This document shows positions 1 to 10,787 of a stretch of DNA of 64,000 nt, in pieces. The position numbers were made by a program, and so were the translations under genes. The notes beneath the pieces are model-generated. The model worked only from the letters and a program-made list of their open reading frames with translations. It did no database searches and was not told where the DNA came from. How positions within the stretch are numbered: position 1 is the first letter of the stretch; the number at the start of each line of letters is the position of its first letter. Source of the DNA: Chloroflexota bacterium (lineage in GTDB: Bacteria; Chloroflexota; Anaerolineae; DUEN01). The stretch covers positions 26 to 64,025 of the forward strand of contig JAJRVX010000401.1 in the NCBI GenBank assembly GCA_024277095.1, written 5' to 3'.

Positions 1-1120
1 TGACGCTCTCACTGCCGTAGACGAACTCGGCCCGGGTTTGCTTGATCGCCTTAGCCATCTCCTCCGGGCTGACCGGCTCCTCCTGCAATCGCTCCAGCTC
101 CCGAAGGATCGCCGCCTCCACCTCTGAGGCAGTTCGTCCGGCGCGCACAGTGGTAGTGCAACTATACAGGTAGGGATCGATGGTTGGCAAGAGGAAAGTG
201 GACACATCCAGGGCCAGATCCGTCTCCACCAGGGCCCGGTACAGGCGAGAGCTGCGGCTGGGAGGGCTGCTGCGGAAGACGCCCAACGCCCGTGCGCCGT
301 TGAGCACCGTGTCCATGACCACCAGGGGGAAGAAGTCCTCATGCGAGGCGGGTGGCACATGGAATGCCACCTGCACGTACGCGGTCATGCCGGGCCCGTG
401 CACAGTCAGCCGACGCTCGCCCCGCTGCGGCGGCTCCACGCTTCGCACCGGCGGGACGCCGGGGCCGCGCGGGATCGGCCCGAACAACTCCCGGATCCGC
501 TCCAGCAGCGCATCGGGGGCGAAGCCGCCCACGGCCACCAGCGTGGCGTTGTCCGGCGCATAATACGTGCGATAGTGCTCATACAGCTCGTCCCGGGTGA
601 TCTGCATCAGGTCGCACAACCAGCCGATGGTCTCACGCCGGTATGGGTGCACCCGAATCGCCGTGGCCGTCAGTTCCTCCGAGAGCAGGAACTCCGGGTA
701 GTTCTCGTACCCCTGTCGCTCGGAGATCACCACGGTGCGTTCGGACTCCACCTCCTCCGGGCGGAAGGGGCTGTTGACCATCCGATCCGCCTCGATACGC
801 AGGGCCAGGTCGAAGCGATCCACCGGCAGCGTCTCGAAGTAGGTCGTCCAGTCCAGGTACGTCATCGCGTTGCGATAACCGCCCTCCCGGGCGACCAGCC
901 GATCCGCCTCGCCGGCGGGGAACTGCTCCGTGCCCTTAAAGAGCATGTGCTCCACCCAATGCGAGATCCCGGTGCGCCCATCCACCTCGTTACGGCTCCC
1001 CACGCGATACCAGAGGAAAAGGCTGGCCACCGGCACACCGTCCAACGGCTTCAGGACCACCTTCAGCCCGTTATCCAGTTCCGTTCGAATCACATCACGA
1101 GTATCCAAACTTCCCTCCAC
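1..1120 (-). CDS. M16 (insulinase/pitrilysin) family zinc peptidase; the C-terminus runs off the window
   Basis: There is no stop codon in the window, so it is absent from the ORF track. My own reverse translation from GTG at ~1120 gives ...LDNGLKVVLKPLDGVPVASLFLWYRVGSRNEVDGRTGISHWVEHMLFKGTEQFP (HxxEH motif). Near position 1 it gives ...EEMAKAIKQTRAEFVYGSESV. It is clearly paralogous to 1150..2448. Confidence 0.8.
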   Translation of the reverse strand, partial: MEGSLDTRDVIRTELDNGLKVVLKPLDGVPVASLFLWYRVGSRNEVDGRTGISHWVEHMLFKGTEQFPAGEADRLVAREGGYRNAMTYLDWTTYFETLPVDRFDLALRIEADRMVNSPFRPEEVESERTVVISERQGYENYPEFLLSEELTATAIRVHPYRRETIGWLCDLMQITRDELYEHYRTYYAPDNATLVAVGGFAPDALLERIRELFGPIPRGPGVPPVRSVEPPQRGERRLTVHGPGMTAYVQVAFHVPPASHEDFFPLVVMDTVLNGARALGVFRSSPPSRSSRLYRALVETDLALDVSTFLLPTIDPYLYSCTTTVRAGRTASEVEAAILRELERLQEEPVSPEEMAKAIKQTRAEFVYGSESV

Positions 1121-1149
1121 ATATCCTTTACCCCCTACCCCCACACACC

Positions 1150-2448
1150 TCACGCATCACCCCCCGGCTCATACCACCCCACGACGGCACGCTCTCGCCG
1201 CAGATAGGTCTGAGCCACGCGCTGCACGTCCTCCACCCGCACCTGCGCCAGCCGGTCAAGGAAGCTCTCAAACCACTCGGCCGAGGCGATGACCTCGCTA
1301 TAGCCTAACCAGAACGCCTGGTTGGTCACGCTCTCGCTGCTGTAGGCGAACTGCGCCCGGGTCTGGCGGAGGGCTTTCTCCAGCTCGGTCGATTCCACCG
1401 GCTCTCGGCGGACTCGATCGATCTCGGCCCACAAGGCGTCCTCCACGGCCTGTGGCTCCACGCCCTGACGCACCGCGGCGAAGAACGTGAACAGGTACGG
1501 GTCAATGGAGAGGCTGAGGTTGCATCCGACGCGAGCCGCCAACTCCCGCTCCACCAGCGCTTTGTACAGCCGCGCCGACCGGAACATGGACGCCGGCCTG
1601 CCCCCAAACAGCGTCATCGGGGATGTGCCCCCCAGGATGGCCTTCAGGGCGATCAGAGGGAAGCAATCGGTGTGCACGGCAGGTGGGGATCGAAACCCGA
1701 TCTCGATGTAAGCGTTGCGCTCCTCGCCGGTCACGCGCACGCGGCGCATCTCGGTTTGCGGCGGCTCCGGCTCGACCTCCACCGGAGGTGCGCCCGCAGG
1801 CGGGCTCGGCCCAAAGTGCGCCTCGATCCTCTCCCGCATGTCACCCGGGTCGAAGTCGCCCGCCACGGCCACGACCGCGTGATCCGGGGCGTAGTAGGCC
1901 CGATAGTGGGCGTAGAGATCGTCACGCCCCATGCGCTCCAGGTCCTCCCTCCGCCCGATCACGGGATGGCCGTAGCCGTGGACCTGGAAGGCCGCCTGAT
2001 TCACCGCCTCATGCAGCCGCCAGGTGGGACGATTCTCCAGCCCTGCCCGCTCCGACAGGATGATCGTGCGCTCCGCCTCCACAGCCTCCGGCGTGAACTG
2101 GGCGTTGACCATCCGGTCCGCCTCAATGCGCAGAGCCAGATCGATCTGATCCGTCGGCAACGTCTCGAAATAGCATGTGAAGTCGTTCGAGGTCATGCCG
2201 TTACGGATCCCACCCGACCGGGCGATGAGCTTGTGCACGGTGCCCCCCGGGAATTGCGGCGTGCCACGAAACAACATGTGCTCCACCCAATGAGAGGCAC
2301 CCGTCATGCCCGGCCGCTCGTTGCGCCCCCCAACCCGGTACCAGATCCAGAAGCTGATCACCGGCGCCACACGGGAAGGGCGCAGCAGGATCGTCAGGCC
2401 GTTCTCCAGATGTTCCCGAACGAACGACATCGATGTATCGTGCCCCAT
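1150..2448 (-). CDS. M16 family zinc peptidase
   Basis: 432-aa ORF with HWVEHMLFRGT (HxxEH) near the N-terminus. Its C-terminal half is similar to the downstream paralogue, so this is a tandem M16 pair. Confidence 0.85.
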   Translation of the reverse strand: MGHDTSMSFVREHLENGLTILLRPSRVAPVISFWIWYRVGGRNERPGMTGASHWVEHMLFRGTPQFPGGTVHKLIARSGGIRNGMTSNDFTCYFETLPTDQIDLALRIEADRMVNAQFTPEAVEAERTIILSERAGLENRPTWRLHEAVNQAAFQVHGYGHPVIGRREDLERMGRDDLYAHYRAYYAPDHAVVAVAGDFDPGDMRERIEAHFGPSPPAGAPPVEVEPEPPQTEMRRVRVTGEERNAYIEIGFRSPPAVHTDCFPLIALKAILGGTSPMTLFGGRPASMFRSARLYKALVERELAARVGCNLSLSIDPYLFTFFAAVRQGVEPQAVEDALWAEIDRVRREPVESTELEKALRQTRAQFAYSSESVTNQAFWLGYSEVIASAEWFESFLDRLAQVRVEDVQRVAQTYLRRERAVVGWYEPGGDA

Positions 2449-3765
2449 CTACGACTCTTCCGGTGCAGAATAGCCACGCCCCATCCCCCGATACCGGAAC
2501 CCCAGCTTGCGCATCTGGTCCGGCTCGTAGATGTTGCGACCATCGATCAGAACAGGCTGGCGCATCGAATCCCGGATGCGGACCAGGTCGAGATGCTTGA
2601 ACTCGTTCCACTCCGTGCACACCACCAGCGCGTCACATCCCTCGGCCATCTGATAGGGATCCGAGACCAGTTCCACCCCCGGCAACACCCGGGCGGCCGT
2701 CTCCATGGCGATGGGATCATACCCGCGCACGTGAGCCCCCTCGCTGAGCAACAGGTGAGCGATCTCCACCGAGGGCGCCTCCCGCATGTCATCCGTATTC
2801 GGCTTGAACGCCAGCCCCAGCAGCCCGACGGTGCGATCCCGCAGTGTGCCCAGCAGCTCCCGCAGCTTCAGGATCACCAGGCGGCGCTGATCCCGGTTGA
2901 TCTCCATCACCGCTCGCAGCAGCGACGGGTGAGCGCCATGCACCAGGGCCATGTGCTCCAGCGCCTTCACGTCTTTGGGGAAACAGCTGCCCCCCCAGCC
3001 GATCCCCGCGTCCAGGAACGCGTGGCCGATCCGGCGGTCATACCCCATGCCGATGGCCACCTCTTTGATGTCGGCGCCCAGCCGCTCGCAGATGGAGGCG
3101 ATCTCGTTGATGAAGGAGATACGCGTCGCCAGAAAGGCGTTCGAGGCGTACTTGATCATCTCGGCCGTGCGCAGATCGGTGACGATGATGGGTGCTCGCA
3201 GCGGCAGATGGAGCTGCGCCACCCGTTCGGCCGCCTCCGGGTCCAGCGAGCCCAAGACGACGCGATCGGGATTGAGGAAGTCCTGGATGGCCGAGCCCTC
3301 CCGCAGGAACTCCGGATTGGAGACCACGGAAAAGGGGATGGGCTGCGGCTGATGACGGCGTATGATATCAGCCACCCAATCACCCGTGCCCACCGGCACC
3401 GTGCTCTTGTTGATGATGATCAGGGGATGATCCATGTGCCGGGCGATGGACTCGGCCGCCATGCGCACGTACCGAAGGTCGGCCTCGCCGTCCACGCCCG
3501 CGGGCGTTCCCACAGCGATGAAGACGAACTCGGCGTCCTTCAACCCCTCGGCGTAAGAGGTGGTGAAGAAGAGCCGCCCGGCGGCCTGGTTCCGTCGCAC
3601 CATCTCCTCCAACCCGGGCTCGTAAATGGGCATAATGCCCGCGCGCAGCTTCTCGATCTTCTCCTCGTCGATGTCCACACACGTAACCCGGTTCCCCAGA
3701 TCAGCGAAGCAGGTGCCGGTCACCAGCCCCACATAGCCAGCGCCGATCACACAGATCACCTTCAT
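2449..3765 (-). CDS. ugd: UDP-glucose 6-dehydrogenase
   Basis: 438 aa. N-terminal Rossmann [17 protein letters not shown], and typical UDP-glucose/GDP-mannose dehydrogenase blocks (GGSCFPKDV). It abuts the M16 start. Confidence 0.9.
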   Translation of the reverse strand: MKVICVIGAGYVGLVTGTCFADLGNRVTCVDIDEEKIEKLRAGIMPIYEPGLEEMVRRNQAAGRLFFTTSYAEGLKDAEFVFIAVGTPAGVDGEADLRYVRMAAESIARHMDHPLIIINKSTVPVGTGDWVADIIRRHQPQPIPFSVVSNPEFLREGSAIQDFLNPDRVVLGSLDPEAAERVAQLHLPLRAPIIVTDLRTAEMIKYASNAFLATRISFINEIASICERLGADIKEVAIGMGYDRRIGHAFLDAGIGWGGSCFPKDVKALEHMALVHGAHPSLLRAVMEINRDQRRLVILKLRELLGTLRDRTVGLLGLAFKPNTDDMREAPSVEIAHLLLSEGAHVRGYDPIAMETAARVLPGVELVSDPYQMAEGCDALVVCTEWNEFKHLDLVRIRDSMRQPVLIDGRNIYEPDQMRKLGFRYRGMGRGYSAPEES

Positions 3766-3864
3766 CCTTTCACCTCACACGGATGCACGATGTTTCCCCC
3801 TGTCCATCAGCCCCATCCCGAATTTCTCACCGGGGACGGAAGCGACAGGCCAGGGGAAGGCCGA

Positions 3865-4872
3865 TCAGGAGGGCGCCTCGATGGCCGCATCGCGCCCACG
3901 GGTCGCCTTTCCCAGATCCGCCCAATGCAACTGCTCACGCCACATGTAATACGCCCCCAGCAGCGTAATGGGGAGCCACAGGGCGACGTGCAGGACCGCC
4001 GTGTACGCCCCCGCGATATCCCGAGCCACGCCAAACGTCACCAGGATCTCGATGCCGGGCAGATCGAAGGTCCCGACATATCCAGGCGCGGCCGGGATCG
4101 TCGTGGCCAGGTTGACGACCCCGTTCATCAACATGAGCACGTAGAACGGGACCGCGAAATCGAAGGCGTGCATCACGAACCAATACTTGACGGTCTCCGC
4201 CAGCCAGATGACGACCGAGGTCCAGAAGAGCATGATCACATCCCGACCGCTGCGCAGGGAGCCCAGGCCGATCAGGAAGCGATCCAGGAGCCCACCCACC
4301 GGCCCCCGGAACCGGCCAGGCAACAGCCGGTCGGCCAGGCGATCGTACAGCGCCCGAACGCGCTGAGGACGGGCGGCCAGCGCCAGGAACACCAGCAAGG
4401 CGCTGAAGAACAGCAGACTGGAGAGGATCACGATCTGTCGGAGCCAGTTTGGCATGGGCGTAAAGGGCAAGGCGATGAACACGAACACCAGCATCACGAG
4501 CCCATCAAAAACCCGCTCCACCAGCACGGTAGCCAAGCTGGCCCCCATGCTGATGCCCTCACGGCGGCGTAACACGTAGCTGCGAATCACCTCGCCCGCC
4601 CGCGCCGGGTAGATGTTATTGCCCATATAGCCGATGCAGACCACCGGGAAGAGCCGGGTCAGGGGGACGGTCTGCATGGGACGCAGCAGATAGTGCCAGC
4701 GCCACGTCCTCGCCCACACGCCGAAGAAATAAACCGCCACGCCGGGGAGGATCCAGATGTATCGGGCCGTGCGCATCGCGTGCCAGACCTGATCGAGCTC
4801 CAGCCGCCGCACCGCGAAGCCCATGAAGACCAAGCTGATGAGGATGCCAATCCAGAATTGTGCCTTACGCAA
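3865..4872 (-). CDS. Flippase-like / lysylphosphatidylglycerol-synthase TM-region family membrane protein
   Basis: 335 aa and polytopic. The N-terminus KAQFWIGILISLVFMGFAVRRLELDQVWHAM... is typical of the LPG_synthase_TM (UPF0104) family. Confidence 0.6.
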   Translation of the reverse strand: MRKAQFWIGILISLVFMGFAVRRLELDQVWHAMRTARYIWILPGVAVYFFGVWARTWRWHYLLRPMQTVPLTRLFPVVCIGYMGNNIYPARAGEVIRSYVLRRREGISMGASLATVLVERVFDGLVMLVFVFIALPFTPMPNWLRQIVILSSLLFFSALLVFLALAARPQRVRALYDRLADRLLPGRFRGPVGGLLDRFLIGLGSLRSGRDVIMLFWTSVVIWLAETVKYWFVMHAFDFAVPFYVLMLMNGVVNLATTIPAAPGYVGTFDLPGIEILVTFGVARDIAGAYTAVLHVALWLPITLLGAYYMWREQLHWADLGKATRGRDAAIEAPS

Positions 4873-5179
4873 AGGGTCTGCCCTTTCTCACTACATTCAG
4901 TCCATGAGGGTCCGACACAACCGCCCCTGCTGAAATAGATCACGCGAAAGGTCCTGCCCCACCCAGGAGAGATGTGCGTACAGAACAGGAGCGGTTCGCA
5001 ACGAGGCAAACAAATCGGGCGGACCGGAGCGCTCTGCTTCACACCCCGGCCCACCCGGCTGTACCCTTTCGGGTTAAGCCGCTCATACCGGGATCGTCTT
5101 CATCGTCCATTATCGCCCGGATAAGCGGCAGTTGCAAATTACCCTTTAGGCCTGATTCGTCCCGATGTGCTCCAGGCCA

Positions 5180-5446
5180 CTATCCGGCAGAGACGTGGCC
5201 CACCGGCTCCTCTGAGGCCATCGCCACCATGGGGGCCAGCAGCTTCTCCAGGGCCATCGTATGGCTGCACCGCCCCCGCTGGGCGAAAAAGCCACAGGTG
5301 CAATGCCAGGCCCCGTCATCATATGTGATCTCGTACACGTCGTGGTTGCCCTGAAACCGGACGGAGAGTGACTTGATGTGGACTCGCTCAGGTTCTTCCG
5401 CATACTGGTGGGCCTTCATGATCTTGCCGATCATGGCCGAATCCAT
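5180..5446 (-). CDS. SWIM zinc-finger protein (small)
   Basis: It contains the CxCxnCxH motif: WHCTCGFFAQRGRCSHTM. The track ORF extends to 5506, but ATG 5446 (MDSAMIGK...) sits behind GAGGAGG. Confidence 0.55.
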   Translation of the reverse strand: MDSAMIGKIMKAHQYAEEPERVHIKSLSVRFQGNHDVYEITYDDGAWHCTCGFFAQRGRCSHTMALEKLLAPMVAMASEEPVGHVSAG

Positions 5447-5944
5447 CTTCGCCTCCTCTTCGGAATATGGAACCTCCCGTTCCTCATGTCCGTCTGCGTG
5501 GGGCATCGTCCGGATCGCCGCTCCCTCACGTCCACAGTCCCCCTAAAAAGCGAAGGCACCAAGACGTAGTTCGCCTTAGTGCCTCGGTTCAGGTCGGACT
5601 CCCACCACGCAACGTGAGTTCACATAGCGCATCCAGCAACGCCTCCCACGGCGACCATTTTCTCTCGGTGCCTCCAGCCCAGCTTTTTGGGGCCCGGGCA
5701 TCGAGTCGTCCTGAGAACACGATCGACGATCACCGTCGAGCCGATCTTCGTCTGCCAGAACCTACCGCATCCATGCAACGGGCGACCGGTGATCGCCGCC
5801 ATTTTCACCCGTGAACCTGCCCCCTTGGGCAGCATAGAACCCGCTATGCAAAATCAGTATAACGCAGGATGTTCCTCCCTGTCAAACCGCCTCGGCGTGC
5901 GGATACATGACGATTGATCTACTGATGAGAGCGCCGCCGCCGAC

Positions 5945-5972
5945 TTGCACACCCTTTGCGCTGTGCTATAAT
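5945..5972 (+). promoter_or_regulatory. Sigma70-like promoter (TTGCAC-16-TGcTATAAT) upstream of the MFS gene
   Basis: ttgcacaccctttgcgctgtgctataat has a perfect extended -10 element. Confidence 0.5.
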
Positions 5973-6034
5973 CGGCGTAGTCCCGCCGTTCCAGGGGATC
6001 CAGGCACAGAGGTCGCCGAGAGGCTTATACCGAC

Positions 6035-7390
6035 ATGAGGCAACACGAGCTTCGCGCCGTCGATGGACGGCGCGTTCCTTTGTCCCTCAACCGCTCACGA
6101 GTGACGAGAGCGCTCTATCGGCTGTGGCTCAGCCTGAAGGTCGCTCTGATCCCGCCTCCCACGGTTCCGCCGGAACAAACCGGCCCCCTGCAACTGTTCC
6201 TGGTGAACGGCATGCTGAACAGCGCCAGCGATCACATCGCGTTGACCTTCACGCCGCTGCTCGCGCTGGCCCTGGGCGCTTCCTATCTCCAATTGGGGAT
6301 GCTGGCCGGGGCGGCCAGCCTGGCAGGAGCGCTCTCGCTGCTCCTCGCCTCGCTCCTGACCGTGCGCTCCCTTCAACATCGCAAAGCCCTGATCCTCCTG
6401 GCGACCGGCACCTCCCGGCTCACCTACCTGGCCCTGGCCCTCCTTCCACTGCTGATCCCATCGGGTATGGCCATCGGCATCCTGATCGCCCTATGGGCCG
6501 CGCGCGCCTTTCTGAGCAACATCATCAACCCCATCTGGGCCTCCTTCTCAGCGGCGCTGGTGCCCCGAAACGCCCGGGACGCCTATCTGCACAACCGCAA
6601 CGACGCGATGAATCTGGCCGCCATCCTGGCGCTACCCATAGCCGGACTGGCCATTCGCCTGATCCATAACCCCGGTTACCCGGTCGGCCTCGCCCTGGCC
6701 TTCCTCGCCGGGCTGGCCGGAGCGATCGTCTTCGCCCGCATCCCGCCCCCCACCGACACCCCCATCCTTCCCCGAGTGACGGCAGCAAGCGTCGCCGCGC
6801 TACGGCTGCTGAAGGGGGAACGCACGTTGCTCACCTTCTGCGCCATCGGCTTCCTCTGGAACCTCTCGCTTCACATCACCAGCCCGTTCCTGAACGTCTA
6901 CCTGGTAGTCGGGCTGAACGCCACCGCGCTGGGCGTGGGCATATTGGCCGCCGTGAGTCTGCTATTCGGGTTCGCCAGCAGCCACGTCATCGCAGAGGCC
7001 GTCCGATACCGGGGCCCCGTCTGGGTGATGCGCCTGTTCGGCCTGCTCATCCCGCTGGTGCCGTGGGCCTGGATCATGGCGACCGCCACCTGGCAGATCG
7101 GCATCCTGAACGCCGTCTCGGGCATCCTGTGGGCGGGATACAACCTGGCGGCATTTCGGGCGCTTATGAGGCTGACGCCCGGATCGGCCCGCCCCCAGGC
7201 GGCGATTCTCTATCAGATATGGATCTTCCTGAGCGCATGCATCGGGGCCCTGATCGGCGGTATGCTGGTCGAGCAGATGGGCTTCCGATCCATCTTCCTG
7301 GTCTCCGGGGCCGGGCGGCTGCTGGCGACGGCGCTGCTCTGGATGCTCATCCGAGAGATCCCAGGGCCTTCCCAAGCTATCACCACGTAA
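6035..7390 (+). CDS. MFS transporter
   Basis: 451 aa with about 12 hydrophobic segments and MFS-like loop composition. Confidence 0.7.
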   Translation: MRQHELRAVDGRRVPLSLNRSRVTRALYRLWLSLKVALIPPPTVPPEQTGPLQLFLVNGMLNSASDHIALTFTPLLALALGASYLQLGMLAGAASLAGALSLLLASLLTVRSLQHRKALILLATGTSRLTYLALALLPLLIPSGMAIGILIALWAARAFLSNIINPIWASFSAALVPRNARDAYLHNRNDAMNLAAILALPIAGLAIRLIHNPGYPVGLALAFLAGLAGAIVFARIPPPTDTPILPRVTAASVAALRLLKGERTLLTFCAIGFLWNLSLHITSPFLNVYLVVGLNATALGVGILAAVSLLFGFASSHVIAEAVRYRGPVWVMRLFGLLIPLVPWAWIMATATWQIGILNAVSGILWAGYNLAAFRALMRLTPGSARPQAAILYQIWIFLSACIGALIGGMLVEQMGFRSIFLVSGAGRLLATALLWMLIREIPGPSQAITT

Positions 7391-7455
7391 GCACCGCGGA
7401 GGCCCCATGAAGGGCCCCTTTCCCACACACAACTGAAGCATAAGGAGGCATCGCC

Positions 7456-8022
7456 ATGGAGGTAACCGTACACTACTTCGAGAAGCCGGGACCGCAGAAC
7501 ACCGACATCACGCTGAAGGCAGCCCTCCGCCGGGCGCAAGAGTTGGGCATCCGCCAGGTTGTGGTGGCGTCCTCGCACGGGCAAACGGCCCTTCGAGCCC
7601 AGGAGCTGTTCGGGCCCGCCGGCATTCGCGTCATCGCCGTCTCCATCTGCCATGGGTTTGAGGATGTGGGCTGGACCATGAAGCCGGAGGAGCGTCAAAA
7701 AGTGGAGGCGGCAGGGGTCACCGTGATCACAGGGATCCACGCCCTGGGCGATGACGTCAGCAGCGCGTTCAGCGCGAAGCACGGCGGTCGAGCCCCCAAC
7801 GAGATCGTTCGAGACACGCTGTACCGGTTCTCGCAGGGCACGAAGGTGGCCATCGAGGTGGCGCTGATGGCGGCCGACGCCGGGCTGTTGAACATGGACG
7901 AGGACGTGATCGCCATCGCGGGCACGGACAGCGGCGCCGACACGGCTCTGGTCATGAAGCCGACTTATCCACGCAAGTTCCTGGACCTCTACGTGCGGGA
8001 GTTCATCGCCAAGCCGCGCTGA
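7456..8022 (+). CDS. Pyruvate-kinase alpha/beta (C-terminal) domain-like protein
   Basis: 188 aa. MEVTVHYFEKPGPQNT...VVVASSHGQTA resembles the stand-alone PK_C-like family. It has an AGGAGG ribosome-binding site. Confidence 0.5.
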   Translation: MEVTVHYFEKPGPQNTDITLKAALRRAQELGIRQVVVASSHGQTALRAQELFGPAGIRVIAVSICHGFEDVGWTMKPEERQKVEAAGVTVITGIHALGDDVSSAFSAKHGGRAPNEIVRDTLYRFSQGTKVAIEVALMAADAGLLNMDEDVIAIAGTDSGADTALVMKPTYPRKFLDLYVREFIAKPR

Positions 8023-8117
8023 TCAGCAGGGAAACAGCGCATCGGCCCTCATGCGCACAGACAGCTCACACAACCGCAGCTCTACACAACGCCGCGGGCA
8101 GATGAGCAGAGGATGAT

Positions 8118-9272
8118 ATGGCCGAAATCCGAGTAGAAGGCGTCTACAAGCGGTTTACAAGGGAGTCCCTCCCCATCGGCCGGAAGGAAAAGGCACCGGC
8201 GGGCGCGGGAACGTCCGCCGGCTCCCACATCGTGGCGCTGGACGGGGTGGATCTGGTGGTTCACGACGGCGAGGCCATGAGCATCGTCGGCCCCTCCGGA
8301 TGCGGCAAATCCACGCTGCTGCGCATCATCGCGGGGCTGGAACAGCCGGATCGCGGCCGCGTCTTGTACGATGGACGGGACATGGCCGACGTCCCACCGC
8401 GGGACCGGGGCATCGGCATGGTCTTTCAGAACTATGCCCTCTATCCTCACTGGGATGCCTACGACAATCTGGGGTTCTTCTTCCGGCTGCGCAAGCGGGA
8501 GAGGGAGATCGCCCCCCGGGTGCGGGAGGCGGCGGAGATCCTGGGCGTCGATTTCAAATACCTGCTGGCGCGCAAGCCCCCCACCCTCTCCGGCGGTGAA
8601 CGACAGCGCGTGGCCGTCGGCCGCTGCATCATCCGTGACCCCACGCTGTTCCTGTTCGATGAGCCGTTGTCCAACCTGGACGCCAAACTGCGATCCAACA
8701 CCCGGGTGCAGATCCGACGGCTGCTCAACCGGTTTCGGGTCACGACCATCTACGTGACCCACGACCAGGCAGAGGCCGTCGCCATGGGCGACCGGATCGC
8801 GGTGATGCGAGAGGGGCGCATCGTCCAGGTGGGCACGTTTCGAGACCTGTACGACCGCCCGGTCGACACCTTCGTCGCCAGCTTCTTCGGGGTCCCCCCC
8901 ATGAACTTCCTGTCTGGCCGCATCCAGGGAGGTCACTTCGTGCATGGCGCCATGCGGATCGCCCTGCCCGAGCGCCTGCGGGCCGGCGCGCAGGAAGGCA
9001 GCGCCGTGCTCCTGGGGATCCGATCCGAGCATCTGCATCTGGTTCCCGGGGAAGGCGGGGCGAGGGCCATCGGCACGGTCGAGGTCGTCGAGCATCTGCC
9101 CTCCGAGCGGGCGCAGTTCGTACATATCCGCCTGGGTGATACCTCCCTGGTCGCCAAAGTTGGCGAGGACATGCCCATCGCCCGAGGCGACTCGGTCGGC
9201 CTCGTCCCGGATCCGGAGTGGGTGTACCTGTTCGACGAGGAGACAGGACAGAACCTGGGCCTTGATCGGTGA
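8118..9272 (+). CDS. ABC transporter ATP-binding protein (MalK/UgpC-like, with C-terminal regulatory/TOBE-like domain)
   Basis: Walker A GPSGCGKST, signature LSGGERQRVAVGR, and Walker B LFLFDEPLSNLD. Confidence 0.9.
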   Translation: MAEIRVEGVYKRFTRESLPIGRKEKAPAGAGTSAGSHIVALDGVDLVVHDGEAMSIVGPSGCGKSTLLRIIAGLEQPDRGRVLYDGRDMADVPPRDRGIGMVFQNYALYPHWDAYDNLGFFFRLRKREREIAPRVREAAEILGVDFKYLLARKPPTLSGGERQRVAVGRCIIRDPTLFLFDEPLSNLDAKLRSNTRVQIRRLLNRFRVTTIYVTHDQAEAVAMGDRIAVMREGRIVQVGTFRDLYDRPVDTFVASFFGVPPMNFLSGRIQGGHFVHGAMRIALPERLRAGAQEGSAVLLGIRSEHLHLVPGEGGARAIGTVEVVEHLPSERAQFVHIRLGDTSLVAKVGEDMPIARGDSVGLVPDPEWVYLFDEETGQNLGLDR

Positions 9273-9398
9273 CGCTCCAGGGACCGATCACCCCGGCCAC
9301 AACCACAAAATGACACGGATGCGGGCCTCCGACCTCGCAAATCTTTTGCTCGGCCTTTTCTTTTGTGCTATCATACCTCGTGAGGAGGAAGCATCGCC

Positions 9399-9611
9399 AT
9401 GCCTGATTGTCCGAAATGCGGCACGTGGAATCCTGACGACAAGCGAGTATGCTGGCGCTGCCAGACACCTCTACCGAAGCCGAAGCCAAAGAAACGCCGT
9501 AATCCGACCACGTTCTGGGGCCTTCCTCTCTGGTCCTGGGTCATCCTGGCGCTCATGACCATCATCCTACTGGCCGGTCAATGCGGCCTGCTACAGACCA
9601 TGCCGCGTTAG
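9399..9611 (+). CDS. Zinc-ribbon small membrane protein
   Basis: CPKCGTWNPDDKRVCWRCQ, followed by a basic linker and one TM helix. Confidence 0.5.
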   Translation: MPDCPKCGTWNPDDKRVCWRCQTPLPKPKPKKRRNPTTFWGLPLWSWVILALMTIILLAGQCGLLQTMPR

Positions 9612-9644
9612 CGCCCCCGACACACCAAGAGGCAACCGTCCATC

Positions 9645-10787
9645 ATGGATGGCTGCACACGAAACCACCGCATGAGTACATCGCCTGCCATACGACATCT
9701 GATCGGTCACCGCCTGCTGGCGTGGGCTGAACGACATCTTCGGGATCTGCCCTGGCGCCATACCCAGGATCCTTACCATATCTGGGTAGCGGAAGCGATG
9801 CTCCAGCAAACGCGAGTCGCCACGGTGATCCCCTACTTCACCCGCTGGTTGGAGCAATTCCCCACCCTCGAGGCCCTGGCCACGGCCCCTCTCGATCAGG
9901 TACTGAAGGCGTGGGAGGGGTTGGGCTACTACGCCCGAGCCCGAAACCTGCACCGGGCGGCTCAGCGCGTCCTGGCGGATTATGGGGGCAACCTGCCCGC
10001 CGACCGGGCACAGCTCCTGTCCCTGCCGGGCATCGGCCCCTACACGGCGGGGGCGATCCTCAGCATTGCCTTCGGACAGGACGAGCCCGTGCTCGACGGG
10101 AACGTGCGCCGCGTATTATGTCGACTCTTTAACGTGCAGGAGCCCCCCCAACGCCCCACCGTACAGCGTCACCTGTGGGAGTTGGCCCGCGCTCTCCTGC
10201 CGCCCGGCCAGGCGGGAGCGTTCAACCAGGCGATCATGGATCTGGGCGCCACGGTCTGCACCCCACGCGACCCCGATTGCTCACGCTGTCCGCTGGCCGA
10301 CCTGTGCGAGGCAGCCCGTTTGGGCCTCCAAACGCAGCGTCCGGTCCCCACGCCCCGCCGCCAGATCCCCCACTACGACGTGACCGCCGCCGTGATCTGG
10401 CGAGATGGCCAGGTGCTCATCACGCAGCGACCGGAGGACAGCATGCTGGGCGGGCTGTGGGAGTTTCCGGGCGGCAAGCGAGAGCCCCAAGAGAGCCTGC
10501 AGGACTGCCTGATGCGGGAGATCCGTGAGGAGCTTCAGATGGAGATCGATGTAGGCGATCCGCTCCCCCCTGTGAAGCACGCCTACTCCCACTTCCGCAT
10601 CACCCTGTACCCGTTCCACTGCCGAATCCGATCCGGCCGCCCGAAGGCGATAGGCTGTGCAGATTGGCGATGGGTCTCCATAGACCAGTTGGGCCGGTTC
10701 GCGTTCGCCGCCGCCGACCGACGCATCATCGCCCATCTGCAGGCGCAGTCCTCACCCCACCCATCACAGGAGGGACGCCGTGCCTGA
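9645..10787 (+). CDS. mutY: A/G-specific adenine DNA glycosylase
   Basis: HhH-GPD block (LLSLPGIGPYTAGAILSIAFG), an Fe-S cysteine cluster (CTPRDPDCSRCPLADLC) and a C-terminal NUDIX-like domain. Confidence 0.9.
   Translation: MDGCTRNHRMSTSPAIRHLIGHRLLAWAERHLRDLPWRHTQDPYHIWVAEAMLQQTRVATVIPYFTRWLEQFPTLEALATAPLDQVLKAWEGLGYYARARNLHRAAQRVLADYGGNLPADRAQLLSLPGIGPYTAGAILSIAFGQDEPVLDGNVRRVLCRLFNVQEPPQRPTVQRHLWELARALLPPGQAGAFNQAIMDLGATVCTPRDPDCSRCPLADLCEAARLGLQTQRPVPTPRRQIPHYDVTAAVIWRDGQVLITQRPEDSMLGGLWEFPGGKREPQESLQDCLMREIREELQMEIDVGDPLPPVKHAYSHFRITLYPFHCRIRSGRPKAIGCADWRWVSIDQLGRFAFAAADRRIIAHLQAQSSPHPSQEGRRA

Noticed and set aside
1672-4572. 966-aa plus-strand ORF spanning the M16, ugd and flippase-like loci.
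   Set aside because: It is antisense to three well-supported minus-strand genes. Its composition is Arg/Pro/His/Gly-rich and low-complexity, typical of the stop-free reverse frame in high-GC DNA. The same applies to 341..1207, 8082..9125, 13546..14616, 20676..21974, 22358..23560, 23803..24819, 26852..28783, 39581..40549 and 42595..44097.
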